From Eledone cirrhosa (Eukaryota), in NCBI GenBank assembly GCA_964016885.1, contig OZ024754.1:36208001-36272000 (forward strand): a DNA stretch of 64,000 bases. Reading direction: 5' to 3'. The notes beneath the pieces were generated by a model that saw nothing but the letters and a program-made list of their open reading frames with translations, searched no databases and was not told the DNA's origin. Shown piece by piece: positions 61,101-64,000 of the stretch (positions are counted from its first letter, which is position 1; each line of letters opens with the position of its first letter). The position numbers were made by a program, and so were the translations under genes.

Positions 61101-61491
61101 TATATTAGGAAATATGTCATGATATGATGGCGCGGATCATAGTAGTAAGGGTGTTGGACTTACGACCATAATGCCGTTGGTTCGATTCACGTAGCTCCAA
61201 TATACTCAGCTGAAAATGTGTCCCAGAAATAGCTTGGTTTAACTCTGCGATGGGCTGGTCTCTTGTGCATAGGGGAGTTCTTGTACTCCCAGTCACTTAA
61301 TGCCAAGAAACCGGACGAATCCCTTGGCTTGAGACAGTCTTTCGACTTAGACTAGTGTTAATTTTATATCATGTAGGAATCAGTAACACATTTCAAGAAC
61401 TGTCTCATAGAATTTACAATTACTAGAGTTTTACTTAATTATTATATTGTTTCATCTCCGCATTTGAAAAGAAGCTAATAGTTCCGAAATA

Positions 61492-61862
61492 ACTGTTTCT
61501 ACTTTAGGCACAAGGCCAGCAATTAACCAGTGCATTACTGGTACTTTATTTTATCCACCCCGTAAGGATGAAAGGCAAAGTCAACCTCGGCGGGATTTGA
61601 ACTCAGATCGTAAAGGGACGTAACTATGTTGGAAAGCATGGCGTCCGACCCTCTACTGATACTGCCAATCCACAATAATGGTTTCTTATATAGGCACAAG
61701 GCCAGCAATTACCCAGTGCATTACTGGTACTTTATTTTATCGACCCCGTAAGGATGAAAGGCAAAGTCAACTTCGGCGGGAGTTGAACTCAGATCGTAAA
61801 GGGACGTAACTATGTTGGAAAGCATGGCGTCCGACCCTCTCCCGATACTGCCAATCCACCGC
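61492..61862 (-). mobile_element. Two tandem Nin-type SINEs
   Basis: Two ~185-bp reverse-complement units. Confidence 0.85.
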
Positions 61863-62159
61863 AATAGTTCCGAAATAACATGTTGAAATACACTTGGTAA
61901 AACACTACGGCCTGTTTAAATGCTAAAGGGTTAAGTAAAATGGTAGTATTTGTGTATTTCCTTTGGATTTTATTGAGGAGATTACTGATTTATAGTTGTA
62001 ACAAAAAAGGAGGAATATGTTAGGAACATATTATAAGATCCGTGGAATAATTATAGTAATGGAATAAAAACGACTTTGAATAATTTCTGGTTTGTATGAA
62101 TATATTACGATACAAAGTAACTTTCTAGCACACACACATGCATAGATACACTGACATAT

Positions 62160-62858
<699 letters not shown>

Positions 62859-63348
62859 ATGAATGTATGTATGCACATATATGTGTATATATATCTCGTA
62901 TATTCAGAATATGCTTAGTGCCTTTACCACATATACCATAAAACAAGCACATGTGTGTTTATGTGTGCGTATATATTATGTATGTTTATGTGTGCGTATA
63001 TACACATACGGTAAACTAAGCCACACACATACAAGACAGATCTATATAGATACACATGTATAGATGAGAAACATGAGAAACAAAGCAAAATGATCCCACA
63101 CTATGCTGCTATTTCTCAGTAGCATTTCGTTTTCTGAATTGCGTAGGGTAATTGATTATCGATTTATAGATCTACTATGTTCATGGAATATTCATTAAAG
63201 TTATTCTATTACTGTTGTTGATTAACGCTTGAATAATCTATTGGTTTCTCTCCCTTATTATTTATAAATGCTATTGGTTTAAACTCTTTAGGGTCTTCAG
63301 ATGTCAACCTTAATTATACATTGCACAAGTTGTGTCGTTAGGCTTTTG

Positions 63349-63428
<80 letters not shown>

Positions 63429-63557
63429 TATATAGATATATACTGTATATATATGTATGTAAAATGTAAACAGAAATAACAACACAGTCGCTACAGTATA
63501 TTAGGTTAACGCTTGATATAGTAGGAAGAGGGTCTTAACGTGTGTTTGTGCGCGCGC

Positions 63558-63645
<88 letters not shown>

Positions 63646-63775
63646 GTAGAAGTTCTATTTAAATTGTTGGGATACAACAAGCAAATATTTTTATAACTGA
63701 TATAAAGCACTCAACAAATAATTGGAGTAAAAATACGATATTAACAAATGGAAGCTATATTTATAAAACCATATT

Positions 63776-63840
63776 TATTTCATTATACATATTTCAAGGA
63801 CACCAAGTTAAATTATGGTGTGCTTTCATCAGATAAAATA
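63776..63840 (-). ncRNA. Type I hammerhead ribozyme (family E, second copy)
   Basis: Same sequence as 17166-17230. Confidence 0.82.
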
Positions 63841-63891
63841 TAATATAGAGCAGTTTTTAATGAAATAAATATGGTTTCCATTTTTAATATC

Positions 63892-63928
<37 letters not shown>

Positions 63929-63929
<1 letters not shown>

Positions 63930-64000
63930 CGAAGGAAATGTGGTAAGGAACCAGGTGGACGATAACGCACCAAAGTACTCAATACTTAGGGTAGTAGAGT
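63929..64000 (-). mobile_element. Family B copy running off the window end
   Basis: AACGAAGGAAATGTGGTAAGGAACCAGGTGGAC... Confidence 0.8.

Noticed and set aside
61130-61200. tRNA-like sequence (also the heads of all SINE copies)
   Set aside because: A/B-box remnants belong to SINE heads; no complete cloverleaf

Overview
Gene-free, extremely repeat-rich eukaryotic DNA, most likely from an octopod cephalopod. This is inferred from about 25 copies of a tRNA-headed Nin-domain SINE and pervasive (TA)n/(CA)n/trinucleotide tracts. No host protein-coding gene is supported; nearly all listed ORFs are microsatellite artefacts. The only recognisable coding remnants are 3' fragments of non-LTR retrotransposons (R4/Dong, CRE, RTE, probably Tx1/L1). 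The main discovery is non-coding. A near-perfect tandem array of a 466-bp unit (48422-51591) carries 7 complete type I hammerhead ribozymes, one per unit, giving a retrozyme-like architecture predicted to release 466-nt monomers or circles. At least five further unrelated families of short (TA)n-embedded, often fold-back elements also carry intact type I hammerheads, and several others carry halves or relics. Together this points to a diverse population of Penelope-like-element-associated ribozyme elements colonising TA microsatellites. All ribozyme calls come from manual base-pairing and have not been tested computationally or biochemically.
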